From Octopus sinensis (lineage: Eukaryota): a stretch of 64,000 bases of DNA. Under the pieces are notes generated by a model, which had not been told where the DNA came from, did no database searches, and saw only the letters and a list, made by a program, of their open reading frames with translations. Below are positions 27,290 to 42,306 of the stretch, piece by piece (within the stretch, counting starts at the first letter, position 1; every line of letters begins with the position of its first letter). The stretch covers positions 24,130,464-24,194,463 of the forward strand of contig NC_043011.1 of the NCBI RefSeq assembly GCF_006345805.1. The letters are read 5' to 3'. The position numbers and the translations under genes are program-made.

Positions 27290-27860
27290 CTGCTGTTTGC
27301 AAAAGTAATGGAAGAGCAATATCTTATAATAGTTTAGTTTCAAAACATTAATTAAAAAATCTGTGGCTAAGATTGAAAAGATCCTTCTTTCTCTATATAT
27401 AAATTTTTCTCCATTTGAATTATTAGCTTGGCATAAGCATAACACAGACAAAACAAACAGACATGCAGGAAAGCATAGAATATAATAATAGATGAGAGAG
27501 GATCTTTTCCAGGCAGACACAATTGAAAACAATAAAAATATGAAAAGTGGGGGAAAGTCATTGAAATACTGGCATAACAGTATCATCAATTTGTTACAAG
27601 AATAAAGGAGGTTCTCTAGAAAGAAGCAATATTTTGTCCATGAAGACAAGAGATTTGTAGAAATGTTAAGGAGGTTTTAGTTTAAGTCTGATGCAGAGTT
27701 TCATCTGATAGGACTGTCTTTGCTGCAATCTATAAACTGACACATTTTGAATATTCTCACAACATAACATGCAAATTTTAAATCTTTTTTGTAGCTGAAA
27801 TGAGTAGGAATGAAAATATAAAGCTCCGCTAGAAACACTCCATAAAAAAGAAAAGTACAA
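27290..27860 (+). pseudogene. Highly degraded piggyBac transposase core
   Basis: 27507-27565 reads IIDERGSFPGRHN*KQ*KYEKWG, resembling the piggyBac motif DE.M..F.GR..LKQY...KP.KWG. A TD.F-like segment lies near 27737. Many stops. Confidence 0.4.
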
Positions 27861-28408
27861 TCAAATGAACCAAGATTTAAGTGTTAAAGACCAGCAAACA
27901 TTTGAAACTAGTAGAGGCAATTTGAGTTAATAGAGTCAAATTTAAACATTTAAAGAATCATGTGATTAGGACAGTAAGGAATTTTAAATTTTTATGTAGA
28001 AAGTTACTGTAAATAGCAATTAAGAAAGTATGACATAAAAACCAATTTAGGTACATGTAGAGTAGAGAGTCAGCCCTCTACTATGTCCCCCCCCCCATTA
28101 TGGCCTCACTGCCATGTACTTTTTTGTTTGTCTTCCTTCATCCCACCCCAGTAACCAGCAACTTACAACTGTTTAACAGAAACATTAACCAAAAACTTAT
28201 TGAGCTTAAAGGGCTTGCAAAGCCAACGGCATAAGCCCCTTCCTTTAGACCAAATTCATGAAAAATAAGTACTAATACACACCTCTAACTATTGATTTCC
28301 AATTAAAGTAATCATAAAATATTTAAGTTATATATAAACAATTTAAATACATAGCTGTGAGGTGCAGTTTTGTTATTCCTTTAAGCTTGGAAATATTTCT
28401 GGTATAGC

Positions 28409-28680
28409 CTTTTATATGAATTGATACAAACAGGAGCTCAGCTACATATTAAATGTCAAAGCATCACAATGTGGTTTGTGATGTATAACTGGAAGAGCAA
28501 AGCTATAGCACACAGCTATATATTTAAATAGTTTATCATCATCATCTTCATTATTATGATAAACTATTTAGTTGGGGTCTGTAGTTTTGCCATTCTTGTT
28601 ATATATCACAAGCTGTGTGCGACTCTTTGACATTTAATATGTAGCTGAGCTACTGTTTGCATCACAATTTTTATAAAAAG
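28409..28680. repeat. Degenerate fold-back / MITE-like inverted repeat
   Basis: Perfect 27-bp pair at 28435-28461 / 28625-28651, perfect 15-bp pair at 28525-28539 / 28556-28570, and imperfect pairing between and outside them. Confidence 0.8.
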
Positions 28681-30038
28681 AGTATATAAAAAAAGGCTTC
28701 AAACTTAAATGGAAAGTCCCTTGCAAAGAATTTAACTGTGCATATAACATTTGTTCACACCTCAAGGCTCACAAATCTAAAATTTATATATAGCTCTTAG
28801 ATTATGTCTGGCAACATTAGATACATAAATATATATAATCAAGCTACCAAGAAAAAATGCTCTTTTGTAGCTAGTTGATCTGGTAGACATAGCAACCAAG
28901 TCTTAAAATATCCTACCCTATGGACTTAAAAAAAAAGAAAAACATAAAGGGCACATTAGATATTTTAGTCTGAGATATACAAAAAGAAGGATGGTCACTA
29001 CTGGAATGACTGATTACAAAACTGCTCAATCAGGGCTGATCTGGGACTAGAGAGCAAGTATAAACAGTATACAAATAGTGATATGCAAGAGAGGGTGAAA
29101 GTGGAATGGTGAATGTTAAAGAGAAAGAGGGAAGTCTGAGTAAAGAATAAAAAGGTTAAAAAGAAAGAAATGTCAATGAAAGAATTATAATGTACAAAAT
29201 GCATTGTACTGAGCTAGCACAGAATTACTGAAAAGGTTTTGTTCTTTCTGCCAACATTAGTCCTAGTAGGTTTTCAATACTTTTGATCTTAATCAAAAGG
29301 CCAACATTATTACTGCTCTAGCTGATGTATGAAAATCCTTTAGAAATGGAAACAAACTGTAGAACTAAAACATTTTATTTCACTTCAGAAATCAATACAA
29401 CATTTCAGTTAGAAGACCAAATAGTTGCTTACTATAATTGCTGAAACAATATGTTCAGTACTCTTATAAATGCTAGTCTACTCTGCTCTTCTGCAAGTCT
29501 AAATTTTCTTTATGCACATTTCAAACCCAAAGGGCTTTACATCAGAATTACTAAACATAAATATAAAACTAAAAAATAAACATTACTATCTAAAGTATTG
29601 AGATGGTACAGGAATAGAATTCACATTTATTTTCTTATTTTGATTGCTAAAACATATATAATAGACATATATACACACACATAAACAGTGTGTGTGGGTG
29701 TGTGTGCATTCCAGTATCAGATTTCAATGAAAGAAATCAAATGTTGATAAGATGGGAAAATGGCCGAATAGCGTTTCTAATACACACAATACAGCTGAAG
29801 GAAAATACCCTGGGGAGCATTATGCATACTAAATACATATAATATAGGGTCTCTCATATATGTAATATAGTGAGTTGAAAAAGTTCAATTAACTAAGATT
29901 ATTCATGCAGTCTCCAGACAAAAAATCCCTCAGGGAGTGTTTACAAAAAATATAAAGAAATAAATAATAATAATAATAATAATAATAAATGGAAAACACG
30001 GAAGAAACGGAAGAAAATTTGAAGAAAGAAGGAAAAAC

Positions 30039-30075
<37 letters not shown>

Positions 30076-30077
<2 letters not shown>

Positions 30078-30611
30078 GCCATGATGCAGTACCAGGCAGT
30101 GGCTCTCATGGCTTCTGATCTTAACTGATTGGAAGTGTTATCATGTACATTGTTTTGTCTTGGTATAAAAGATGGGCTACAGCAAATATTCTACTCAATA
30201 CCACAGATTTGCTTGTCAGTTGTTTGACCATAACCATTTGAACATATCCCTTAGTGGCTGACAATACGTGCATTTCTGATCATGAGCAGAAGTAGTGGGG
30301 GAGCATCATAGCCATGTGTTGAGAGGGATTCTTTGGAGTTTGAATAATTCACCTCTGGAAACATGGGTGTTTCGTTCAACATCCTAAAGCAACCCTTATT
30401 CAGGAACCTTTTGAGCAGGATGAGCTACTCGACCTGAAGAAAATTCTAACTGGGCCCCACCTGCAAGGTCATGTGCTGTTTATCTTGATATGAGATCACC
30501 ATGTCGCGCACATATGGTTGTGATGCATGTGCCTGGGTAGTCATGATGGGTATACTGGGCTTGTATATTTTACCCCTGTGTCACTTTGATGGCATGCACT
30601 GCTCTCTCACT
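30076..30611. mobile_element. Interspersed repeat-like ~540-bp segment flanked on both sides by (AAT)n
   Basis: GC-richer block bounded by (AAT)n at 30039-30075 and 30612-30640. No ORF homology seen. Confidence 0.45.
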
Positions 30612-32772
30612 CAATAATAATAATAATAATAATAATAATAAAGACAGCAAGAAAGGGAGAGAACTACAGCAAAATCAAATGATTGAAATTTTGGGATATA
30701 AAGATGATGCAGATGAAAGATATAAAAACCAACTGGTAAAAGTTTTGATCTTATTAGACCTCAGCAAAGCAAGAAATGAAAGTGTACAATATACACACAT
30801 ACACATGCATAATCATACATACACCTGCACAATCATAAACAATCATACATACACAGGGGAGGGAGAGAGTGATGTGTGTGTATTGATGGTCATTATGAAT
30901 ATCAACAATACGGTTGAGGCAAGGACCTTAAGAGGGGTGCTCTTCTGCTTACTGCTAACAAAACACACACATGATAAAGTGTCAACTACCTTGAGGGCAT
31001 TTATTTTTCTGATTGCATTCAATATCACATACTAATCAAACTTTTTCATTTTCCTACATTTATGTGTAAGATTACAAGAAATATTTAGCACACACAATGC
31101 TCTCATGAGGTATTTTCTCCTCAGTCCAACTGTTGATATTCCTAAGTGTTGCTACATTCCCTCTATTTCTATACACACTGACCGTATACAAGTATTGCTT
31201 CATGAAGTGAATATGCTTTATTGAGGAAATCCAACAAGATTAAAACACGTCCATTGCTTTTACCAGATGACTTTAAAGAGAAGATTGACTCCAATCTGTA
31301 TAGCCTTTATTTTCTAAACATTTCAAATAGTTCATTACATCACAATCATCTTCATTTGCTGTTTTTTTTTAGATTTTAAACAATTCTGAAAAGAGTTTTT
31401 GATCTACTGTCTGCATGAGTAATCTCACTGAAAGTCTTTCAACCTACTATATCATAAATATGAGACATTAATTTTAATATACATACAAACTCAGAACAAC
31501 TCTAGCCAAAACAATTGATGTGAAGTGGTGAGGGAAAAGGCAGAAGGAGTGCAAAACCAGTGTAGGAAAATCAAAAGAGGATGAAGAGTAAATGTTTTAA
31601 TCGTTTATAATCCAGGAAACACTGATAAGAAACAATGTGAAATTTCAATAAAATATTCCCTCATATGTAATCACAAAATATATTCAAAATAATAAAAATG
31701 ATCACAATTTTCATCTATGTTAGAATATTGCTTATGTAGCAAGTAATCTTAATTTTTAATTGTTGAATATATTTTAAAGTATTCAGAAAAATTTTAATAT
31801 GCAATATATATGTTGTACAAATTTGGTTAATGTAGAGACAAATGGAATATATAAATGTATAAGAATATGATAAAGGGATTTGATAAAAGAGAAAATGGAC
31901 AGATTTATGAGAAACTTCGAAATATTACTGAAGTAAAAATGAGATTATTTGAATGAAGAGTATATAGAATAGGAAAACTTAAGAAAATTTACAAAATAAA
32001 AAGATATTAAAGTTATTGTTGTGAATATATTTTCAGTTACAAAAGCAAGTTTATATCTTATTAAAAACTGGTCAGTCTATCAAGATCTACTACTTGAATT
32101 CAATTGATAGAACAAGAAAATTAAGAAACATTTATTTGGAAACCAATACAGAGAATATCACTAGACAACACACACTGCATGGAAACAGTAGATAAGAGAA
32201 AAAATTGCAGAGGAATGAATATTTGCTTCTTATGAAAACAGACAATAAAAAGGTATATAATGGCATTTAAAATTCAAATTTCTGTCCATTTTAACTAAGA
32301 GGATTTCAGCCCAGAAATACATGCAAATATTAAACTGACATGTATAATTAGGCAGAGTATTATACTCTGTTGATCTGCAAAGTAAAAGAAACTGTATTCA
32401 CTTCTTCGAGGTACCTTTTATAAATACAAGCTGATTCATGTCAAGATCATACTATATTTGTTTAGCTTATTCTAAATGACTTGTAAGATTTCTCAACACT
32501 ACATTCTATTTAAATCAGAAAATACTCAAGGGTTTCCAGAATAAGTAATCAGGTCTTCCTTTTAACGTCAATAAAGATTAATTATTATTGAAGAGCTTTA
32601 CAGACAAGAACTGGAATATCAGTTCGTTCATCTATCATGGCTAAGCTCATGTTGGAGTACTGTACTCAGTATACATTAAGTATTTAGTGATTCACAATCT
32701 GTATATTTCCACTGCAAATAACTTTGATTAAGAAACTCTTATAACTTAAAATAATATTTAACAGCTTTATCA

Positions 32773-33146
32773 TGTGTGGCTGTGTGGTAAGAAGCTTGCT
32801 TCCCAACCACATGGTTTTTGGTTCAGTCTCACTGCATGGCACCTTCTACTACAGCCTCAAAATGACTAAAGATTTGAGTGGATTTGGTACACGGAAACTG
32901 AAAGAAGCCCGTTATATATATATTCATGTGTGTGTCTGTGTTTGTGTTCGTCCCCCACATCATCACTTGACAACCAATGTTGTCCCTGTGTTTACTTCCC
33001 TGTAACTTAGTAGTTCGGCAAAAGCGATTGATAGAATAAATACTAGGCTTACAAGGACTAGGTTGTGGGGTTAATTTGTTTGACTAAAATCTTTTAAAGT
33101 GGTGCTCCAGCATGGCTGCAGTCAAATGACTGAAACAAAAGAATAA
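32773..33146 (+). mobile_element. SINE family B
   Basis: gtggctgtgtggtaagaagcttgcttcccaaccac...ggttcagtc head; tail ggtgctccagcatggctgcagtcaaatgactgaaac. Confidence 0.75.
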
Positions 33147-33155
33147 TGTGCGCAT

Positions 33156-33915
<760 letters not shown>

Positions 33916-34878
33916 GTACACACACACATCATTGCTTAATGTTCACTTAACTGACTCATGCAAGCATGAGTCAGAAAGAATTTGTTCAGGCAGAGAGATA
34001 TAGGTCGTATGAAAAAAAAAAACAAACATTTAAATAGTTAAAACTATAATTTTTATCAAAATTTGTTAAACATTATATTAATGTCTTCCTCAAAATGAAA
34101 AACAGTAAATCATAATAAATATACAAGAGAAACTATTTGTTAGAATTCAATTTTTTTTACTATTAATGTAAATTTTAGAAATTAAAAAATGTCTAATATT
34201 TGCATTCAATCAGTTCCATCTCCAACTATCATTATGTATCTTATTCATCGATTAAGTATTAAAAATAAAAAATAAAACTTCATTTTAAAGATAATGTTGA
34301 TAATCTGAAAAACTGTAACCTAAGCAAATTGTCTATTTATCATTACAGTTCAAACTTCACTGATTTCAGTCACTGTACCATTATAACAACCTCTCTACTT
34401 ATTTAATCAATTCTAGAAGAGTGAAAAGTAAAATGAAGCTCAGTTGTACTTGAATTTGAAATATAAAATGATATAAACAAATATACCACAAAGTATTTTG
34501 CCAGCTGCTCTACTAGTTTTATCATCCCCTTATCAGTTAAAATTAAGAGTTAAAATTCCACTGCATTTAAAGATGTACTATTCTATATTCAAGTTAAGTA
34601 CCATCTCTTCATAATATTTCACACTGAGAAGAGATTTAAAATGATTCTCTTCAAAAGATCAAATTTGCTTATCCAATGCCAGAATGAAAATCAAATTTAG
34701 ATAGAAAAAATGAATTAGCAAAAGCTAACTTTACAATTGGAAACTGAATATATAAATATTCATTAAAAAACATTAAACATTAAATACCCTTTATTTTAGA
34801 CCACCGTGTGTTAGCTCTATACTTGGAAAACATTTGTATCATGTAAACATAAATTATAATTCAAGACATATATACATA

Positions 34879-35268
34879 GGTGAAGGTATAACTGTATGGT
34901 AAGAAACTTGCTTCCCAACCACATAGTTTGGGGTTCAGTCTCACTGCATGGTACATTGGACAAGTGTCTTTTACTATGGTCTCAGGCCGAAAAGGCCTTG
35001 TGAGTGGATTTGGAAGACAGAAACTGAAAGTAGCCTGTCATATATATATGTGTATATATATATGTGTGTGTGTGTGTGTTTGTTCCCCATCACTACTACT
35101 GTTTGACAACTTGTTCTAGTGTGGTTATGTCCCCATAACTTAGCAGTTTGGCAAAAGAATGATATAAGTACCACATTTTAAGAAAATAAGAACTTTAAAA
35201 TAATTCATCAAGTCGGTGCCCAAGCAATGCTGCAGTCTAATGATTGAAACAAGTAAAAGATAAAGATA
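34879..35268 (+). mobile_element. SINE family B
   Basis: ggtaagaaacttgcttcccaaccac...ggacaagtgtc...gctgcagtctaatgattgaaacaagtaaaag. Confidence 0.75.
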
Positions 35269-37416
35269 TATATCACCATTATTTGAAGATCAAATCTTGA
35301 GATCAAGGCAAGATCTGAAACTTGGAGATACGCTGTAATATATCTTTGGTAACAACTGAATAGAAAAGCAAACCTTCTGTAGTATGAATATTTGAGAGAA
35401 AAGAGCAGAAAATATAAGCATTTACAATTACTAATCCTATATTTCTCCATTTAAGAAAAAATTTGACAAATAAGAAAAGAGGTTAACTGATAGAGTCTCA
35501 ACAATCTCTTTTCTATGTGCTCTGCAACCCACTAAGTGCAAGATTAATCATTTCCTAAAGTGAGAGATAAAAGTATCACCAAAAGAGGAGGATACGAGAT
35601 AGAAAAAGAGAGAAAGAATGAAACAATAAATAGTAACATGGCATGAAAATAAATTTAAAGACAAAACCTGGGGAAGAGTTAAAATGTGGCTGATCTACCA
35701 GAGGTGGAAGGATAAAATTAAAGGAACTTGATAGATAGATAAAAAATAAATAAGAAATGTGTCTGCAAAAAAAAAAAAATGGTATGATGACAAGACAGAA
35801 GTTATTGGAAAGGAAGCAATTATGTATCCTAATACCTTTTCCATTACTTCATGAGCAATCTACATATTGACAACTTTTATATGTTGTTAATTCTATCTTT
35901 TAGCCATGATCATCCTGCCTTATTTTTAGAGTCACAATAACCAATGTGTCCTTCCATTATTTCTTAAAGATGGATATAGTTTCAGAGAGATTTGGTTGTT
36001 ATTTCTAGTTGGCTGACTGACAGCATAAAATGTTTTCTTCAGCAATTGACAGGTCAAGAAGAATTTCTGTCATAGCAAAGACATAAGCTAACAAGAGCTA
36101 TTTTTAAATGGTATTTTCGCAAGATTCAAAATTAATATTCTACATGAACCTAAACGTATCACAGAACTAATAAAACAGAATTGTCAGACAAATAGTAATT
36201 TGTGGAAAGAATAAAAGATTCTTGCTTTTGATTTAAATAAAGGCTTGCCTGTAACTAATGCCTTCTTTTGAATGCCTTCATTAATAAGCTCCCAAAAGAA
36301 ATCCCAGTGCTATAACTAAGGAGAGGGTAGTGTTCAGTTCAGGAACCAGTATGTAAGATCACAGATTTCTACATCACAACTGTTAGATAATGCTAACTAA
36401 AAAGTGATGAACAATAACAATCATTGATTTAACAATGGAATAATGTATGAGAAATTAACGTTTTAGGAAAGCAATAAAGTATAGCAATCTGTGAAGTAAA
36501 GCAATATTGAGTTAATTAACAGTCACAAAATATTCATAGATCAAAAACATCAAGTGAACCCACAAATGGCTATAGCAAGAACAAAAATAAATTGAAGCTT
36601 TTATTGTTTGAATGTTTAATAATTTTTGTTTTAATTTATATAAAGGAAAAAATAAAACAGGAATTTATATGATAATGGAATTAAAGTAAAAATAGGATTT
36701 CTTTTTAAAGTTTTACATTCAAAGACTTTCCTCTTGATTTTAGAGAGAAAAAAAAACATTAATTTTTATTCGTTGAGTATAATTTTCAGACTTGTTTAAA
36801 TAAAAAACTGAAAACAGGACAATTATTGTAAATGATTTCTACTTTGATTTTAATCTTGTCAATTTTCATACTTTATTATTTATTCATAAGAGAAGATTTT
36901 GTATTAAATACTTGCAGTTTTATTTTTTTAATTGTTTAAGGGATTGTATTTTACTAAGAAAATCATTTGACATCATTCATTTTTGCTCCTATAAGGAAAT
37001 CATTTGACAACCATTACTCCAATTATCTCTATGACTACCTTTTTTTTCAAAATCATTTCCCTTTTTCTGTATGCCATACCAATAATATGCATTTTAATGT
37101 TCCAGTCACTTGAAATCCCACCAGAAATTAACTTTGCATGTTTTCCCTTTGTAGCTGATAAGGCTACAATTCAATTGAATTATGCTATTTCACCTACAAT
37201 AGTTAGATTTTGCACCTAGTCAAAAGAAATTGATATTATGTGAGTCTTATATATTCTGGTAAGACGGTAAATCCTCTCTGAATTGATTCTGGACGTGGTT
37301 TTAATTCTCACTTGTGAGTATTTTATTTATAAATATTATAATGAAAATTATTTGCCGAGATGAAGCTACATAATTTGATTTTTAAGATTGTATTATCATC
37401 ATAGTATATTCTATGT

Positions 37417-37697
37417 GAAGGCACATGGCTTAATGATTAGCATATTTGGCTCACAACTGTAGGATTGTGAGTTTAATTCCTGGCAATGCATTGTGTCCTT
37501 GAGCAAGACACTTTATTTTTCATTGCTCCAGTTCACTCAGCTGGCAAATTTGAGTAGCACCTATATTTCAAAGGGCCAGCCTTGTCACATTCTGTGAACT
37601 ATCTTACGGGTACACGTCTGTGGAGTGCTCAGCCACTTGCATGTTGTTCCGTTGGATCAACTGCAACCCTCATTGTCGTAATCAACAGGGTGCCAGT
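37417..37697 (+). mobile_element. SINE family C, older copy
   Basis: ttgtgtccttgagcaagacactttatttt...cactcagctggcaaa...gggccagccttgtcac; matches the reverse complement of 22807-23127. Confidence 0.75.
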
Positions 37698-39419
37698 GAA
37701 TATATGTTAATGAAATACAAACTCTAAATCCTGATAACTGTAACTATTTTAAAACTGATTGGCTAAGTTAATATTTAATGAATTTAATACAAAACTGTAG
37801 CCCTCAGAAAAAAAACCCCATAACATAGGGATATGTCTAATCTACCTTTATTTCATAATCAAATGTTTTACCCAATTTATAAAAAAAACTTTGACAAGGT
37901 CAGTGAAAGGTTACACATTTGATCAATGCCTAATGTATTCTATACTAATAATACTATTAAAGCATCCAATGCAAAAAAAAAAAAGAATTGTGTTACTATA
38001 TACCAATGAACAATTTTTTTTTTTGTATTTTGTTTAACATATAACTTATCCAGCAGATGATATTGAATAGAAACAAAATGTGTATATAATATACAAACAA
38101 AAGAAAAAAAAATTGAAAAACAGACTCAAATATTTTAAAGCTGTTTAATAATCAATCGAAAAGTTTAAGCTGCCTAACTTCAGTAGTTTGAACCAAGAGA
38201 GAATAAACAACAGTAACTCTTTCAGAGCTGAACATGTTGAAAAAGGAAATGAAGGTAGGTGTTCACAATTATTGGATCAGGCAAACTTTGTTAATTTCCC
38301 AAAATAATCTTAGCCATTTGGACAGGCAATAAATGGTTCTAACACTTTCTTTAAGAAAATATTTTACTTCTGTATAAAGTAAAGCAGCTTAGAATTTGCC
38401 CTTTTAACAACTCAGATTACAAGAATTTACTCATATTGTCAAAATATCTTTATATTTAAATCAAAATTTCATTAATTGTACAGGTAACTTTCCTATATAA
38501 AGAATTAAATATGTATAACTTAATTTCAAAGGTGTCCTAACAATATGTTAAGCAAAACATTCTTTTGATATGAATTATATCAATAATACAAAAGATTAGT
38601 TTTCAACTTCTATTGCTAGGATGTCAATACATTTGCAAAGTATTATTGGTAGAGAGGGAATAAAGTTACATTTGTGATATGATACAAAGTTTTGAAAATT
38701 AAGAACTAGCGGAATAATATGTGAGAATATTGAATTTTTCGATCAGTTTTTTTTCTTTCTTTTTTAAATATATATTATATATGCCAAAGTAAAGTGCATT
38801 ATTCTCAATAAAACTAATGGATTTAAATTGATGGTATTTATCTATGCAGAAACCAATATCTCCATTGCTAAAAATAAGCTTCTAGTATATACTGCAACCG
38901 ATATAAAAATGGATGGCAGAAATGTCTGTGCGTATGTGTAGAGAATATTAAGACTTATTTTAAGTTTCTGGAGAAAACAAAAATCCTCTTTAGAACAGAC
39001 ATATACTATTTACAAATAACAATCTAAATGTGTGCCTCAAATAGCGAGGTTTTTGCAAAAGTATGCTGATTTTTCTATAGCATATACCTAAGCAATTTTT
39101 ATTTAGCAATTTAATGCCAGATATTGTTGGGAAATTTTGAATATTTTAATAAGATTTCATATGGAAGTTAATCAATTTCCTATAAACTGTATGTAATGGA
39201 CATTTTACATCCTATACCATATACAACCATTTCTTAATTTCTAATTTAAAATGCATTCTCATTCACTTTCCACTATTAAAAGTAACATTAATCAAATTAC
39301 AAAGAAATCTCAAAAATTAGTTAATAAATATTGCATACCAGTAAGTATGCTCTGCAAATGAACTGAGAGAAAAACTGGGTATAAAAGGAAACAGGTGTTG
39401 TGCACAAAAGATAAGACTA

Positions 39420-40650
39420 CACTGCTATGGGAATGTGATGTACATGAAGGATGATTGCTGCATAAGGAAGTGTTGAGCACTCCAAGTTAGTGGAATGCAC
39501 AAGAGAGAGAGAGAGATCAAAGAAGGCTTGGGTGAGGTGGTGATGGTTGACTTGATGCTGCTGCATCTTACAGAGGAGATGACAAAGGACTGAAATGATT
39601 GGTGATATGCTGTGCTGCAGAAGACCTGTCCACCCACAGTAAAACTTGAAGGTAGTGTTTAGTGGCTGCACTATTTGCGTCCTGCTAGCCCTACATTTGC
39701 TGACTCCCTCACCTTATATCCTTGGCCCAACCCTCACATCAGTCAATTGCTCAAACCCCTTCTTGTCAGTCATAACTCACCATTTCTTATCTTCCACCAA
39801 TTATGCTAAATGTACCATCGTCTTCCTCACTATACTCACTTGTCTTTCAGCACACTTATATTCATCCCTCTGATCTCATACATTAACAGTACAGCATAGT
39901 AAAGTTAGTGCATGAGATCAGAGTGATGATGATAGCAGTCTCATGCACTAATTTTACTATGTTGTACTGTTAGTACTCTCCCTCCTCTGAACCTCCCCTC
40001 ATATGCTCTTATTTCATCACCCATTTCTAGCTTTGTTCACCTCTTCTATTGTCAATTTCCCCCTCCACTTCCACTTACTCTCATTTTATCTCACATCCAC
40101 CTCTACCTTTGTCCACTAACTATGAACAAGCACTCCCTCTCTCTCACACCCTCTCTATCTTTGTTTTCTTCCCACCATACTCTCTTTTTCTTTGACTCTT
40201 CCATTCATTCTGATCTTTCTATATTATTGTTCTTTCTCTCCAGCTTCCTTCCTCAGTCACCTTTGTAAATGTATATGCCATAATTTTGTCCTTCATATAC
40301 CTACATTTACTTCCCTATTCCTACATTTCTAACAAACATTTCTGGCCTCATTCTTCCCTTTCCAAATTTACATTTTCTGTGTACAAGACCACCACCTACT
40401 GCAAAGTGGTAGGTAAAACAAGTAGAGAAAGTGTAGAGTTATGAGCTCCCTCCAGCACTGTTTCACCAAAGACTATTCAACCTCTCTAAATGTATCTCAT
40501 ACACTCTATAGAGTGATTAATGTTAGGGCATCCAGCCATAGAAATCAAACCAAATGACACATATAATTAGTCTTTGAAAGCTGTAGTTCCCAATGGGAGA
40601 CAACTCCTCCAACCCATGCCAACAAGGAAACTGGATGATGATGATGATGT
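39420..40650 (+). mobile_element. Old RTE 3' end: C-terminal coding remnant, long pyrimidine-rich UTR and (GAT)n tail
   Basis: 39520-39630 resembles KTW.EVV..DL..LHLTEEMTKD..DW. Ends with aacccatgccaacaagg...gatgatgatgatg. Confidence 0.5.
39884..39972 (+). repeat. Hairpin with 34-bp stem and 21-nt loop
   Basis: taacagtacagcatagtaaagttagtgcatgaga pairs with tctcatgcactaattttactatgttgtactgtta. The two non-Watson-Crick positions are both G-U on the + strand. Confidence 0.85.
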
Positions 40651-41967
40651 ATACCAGTAAATATACACATTAAATTTTCAGTTAATTATTTCACATTTTT
40701 ATTTCAATACAAAATATTAACTTAAATAAGAAAATGAAGGAGTCTTTGCACTGCTGCCCAAACTGGTAGGAATAGCCAACTTTCCCACATGCTGCATATG
40801 ATATTAAAGGAAAAAACATATTGGATGATGTAGTTATAGATACATTAAATCTAGGAAAAACATGGGAGGGTTAGATCTGGAATATCTTTGATCAAAGGTT
40901 TACTTGATAATGGTTGGCCTGTGGCTAAAAACCATCAACAAGGAACACATATTCAAAATTCAAGTGTTTTTAGTTATACATCTATATTCTTAAATTAACA
41001 AAGAAACAAAACCAAAAATTGTATTATTCACTCAGCTAAGATTTTCTTCACACTTTGCATAGGTGAGCTATTAAAAAGTTCATTTTGTAACCGCATGGTT
41101 TTGAGTTCAGTCATATTGCATGCTATCTTTGATGACTTATGTTCACTAATTCTTGTGAGTGAATTTGATATGTGGAAACAGTGTATATATATGTGTGTGT
41201 ATAAGCCTGACACATGAGAGAGGGAGAGAGAGAGAGAGAGAGAGAGAGAACATCTATTTCTTTCAGCACCTCACAAGCAGTGTTGATTTATTTACACCTC
41301 CATAAATAAGTAGTTCAGTAAAAAAGAGCAACAGAATAAATACTAAACTTGAAATAAGTACTGGAATCGATTTGATCAATCAAACTGTTCAAGATGTTGC
41401 CACAGCATGGCCACAGTCAAATGACTGAAACTAGTAAAAGAACAAAGGGAAATTCAGACAAGTGGATATAAATAAAGTTCAAAGATATCCAACAGTTTCG
41501 AAAAAAGAAACTGTCAATGTATTTATGGAAAAAATAATTTATTACCTGAAGTCCTTTTGCAAAATAACTGGTTGTAAATTACTGCTGTGCTGCACCATGG
41601 GAGAAAATAATAATTACAATGTTGGTTGGAATGAGAACCAATTAGGTTCAGTTTAATTGAATAAAAATGTTATTGAACTACTCTGAAGTATCATTTTCGA
41701 GTACACATTCAGGCTGTTTCATTATTTTTGTGATTTAAAATTTTTTTTTTCTTCTCTTTTTGTTATTTCAAAATGAATTCCAACTTTTCAAATTAACTGT
41801 TGAGAAGATTTCATTACAGCAGGTAAGTACAGGCAGTCAATAAACCTGAATAACTTTGGGGGAAAAAATGATAGCAAAATAGAATCATCAGCAAAAGGAT
41901 TTTGCAGTGCCAGTTTATGGGGTTTGGACGAATTGTTATGAGAAAACTTTTAGATTCAAAATAATTT

Positions 41968-42306
41968 TTCTTTTATCTTTTACATGTTTCAGTCATTAGG
42001 CTGTGGCTATGCTGGGGCACTGCCTTGAAGAATTTTTTAATCAAATGAATTGACCTCTATACTTCCTTTTTTAAAGCTTGGCACTTATTCTATCAGCACC
42101 AGTTGTCAAGCAGTGGTGGGGGGTCAAACACAGATACAAAGACATACACACACGCCAGGCTTCTTTCAGTTTCCATCTACCAAATCCACTTGCAAGGCTT
42201 TACTCAGCCCAAGGCTATAGTAGAAGACACTTGCCCAAAGTGCCATGCAGTGGGACTGAACCCAGGATCATGTGGCTAGGAAGCAAGCTTCTTACCACAG
42301 AGCCAT
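41968..42306 (-). mobile_element. SINE family B
   Basis: Reverse complement of the family B head (aagcaagcttcttaccacagagcc) and tail (tttcagtcatt..ctgtggctatgctggggcac). Confidence 0.75.

Noticed and set aside
38226-38254. 29-nt + strand exon-like segment (ELNMLKKEMK)
   Set aside because: Too short, frame-shifting, and with no partner exon or homology.
41805-41828. + strand ttacagcag|gtaagt AG|GT motif
   Set aside because: The donor is perfect but the adjacent pyrimidine tract is poor, and it lies on the opposite strand to the stronger sites. It is compatible with chance.
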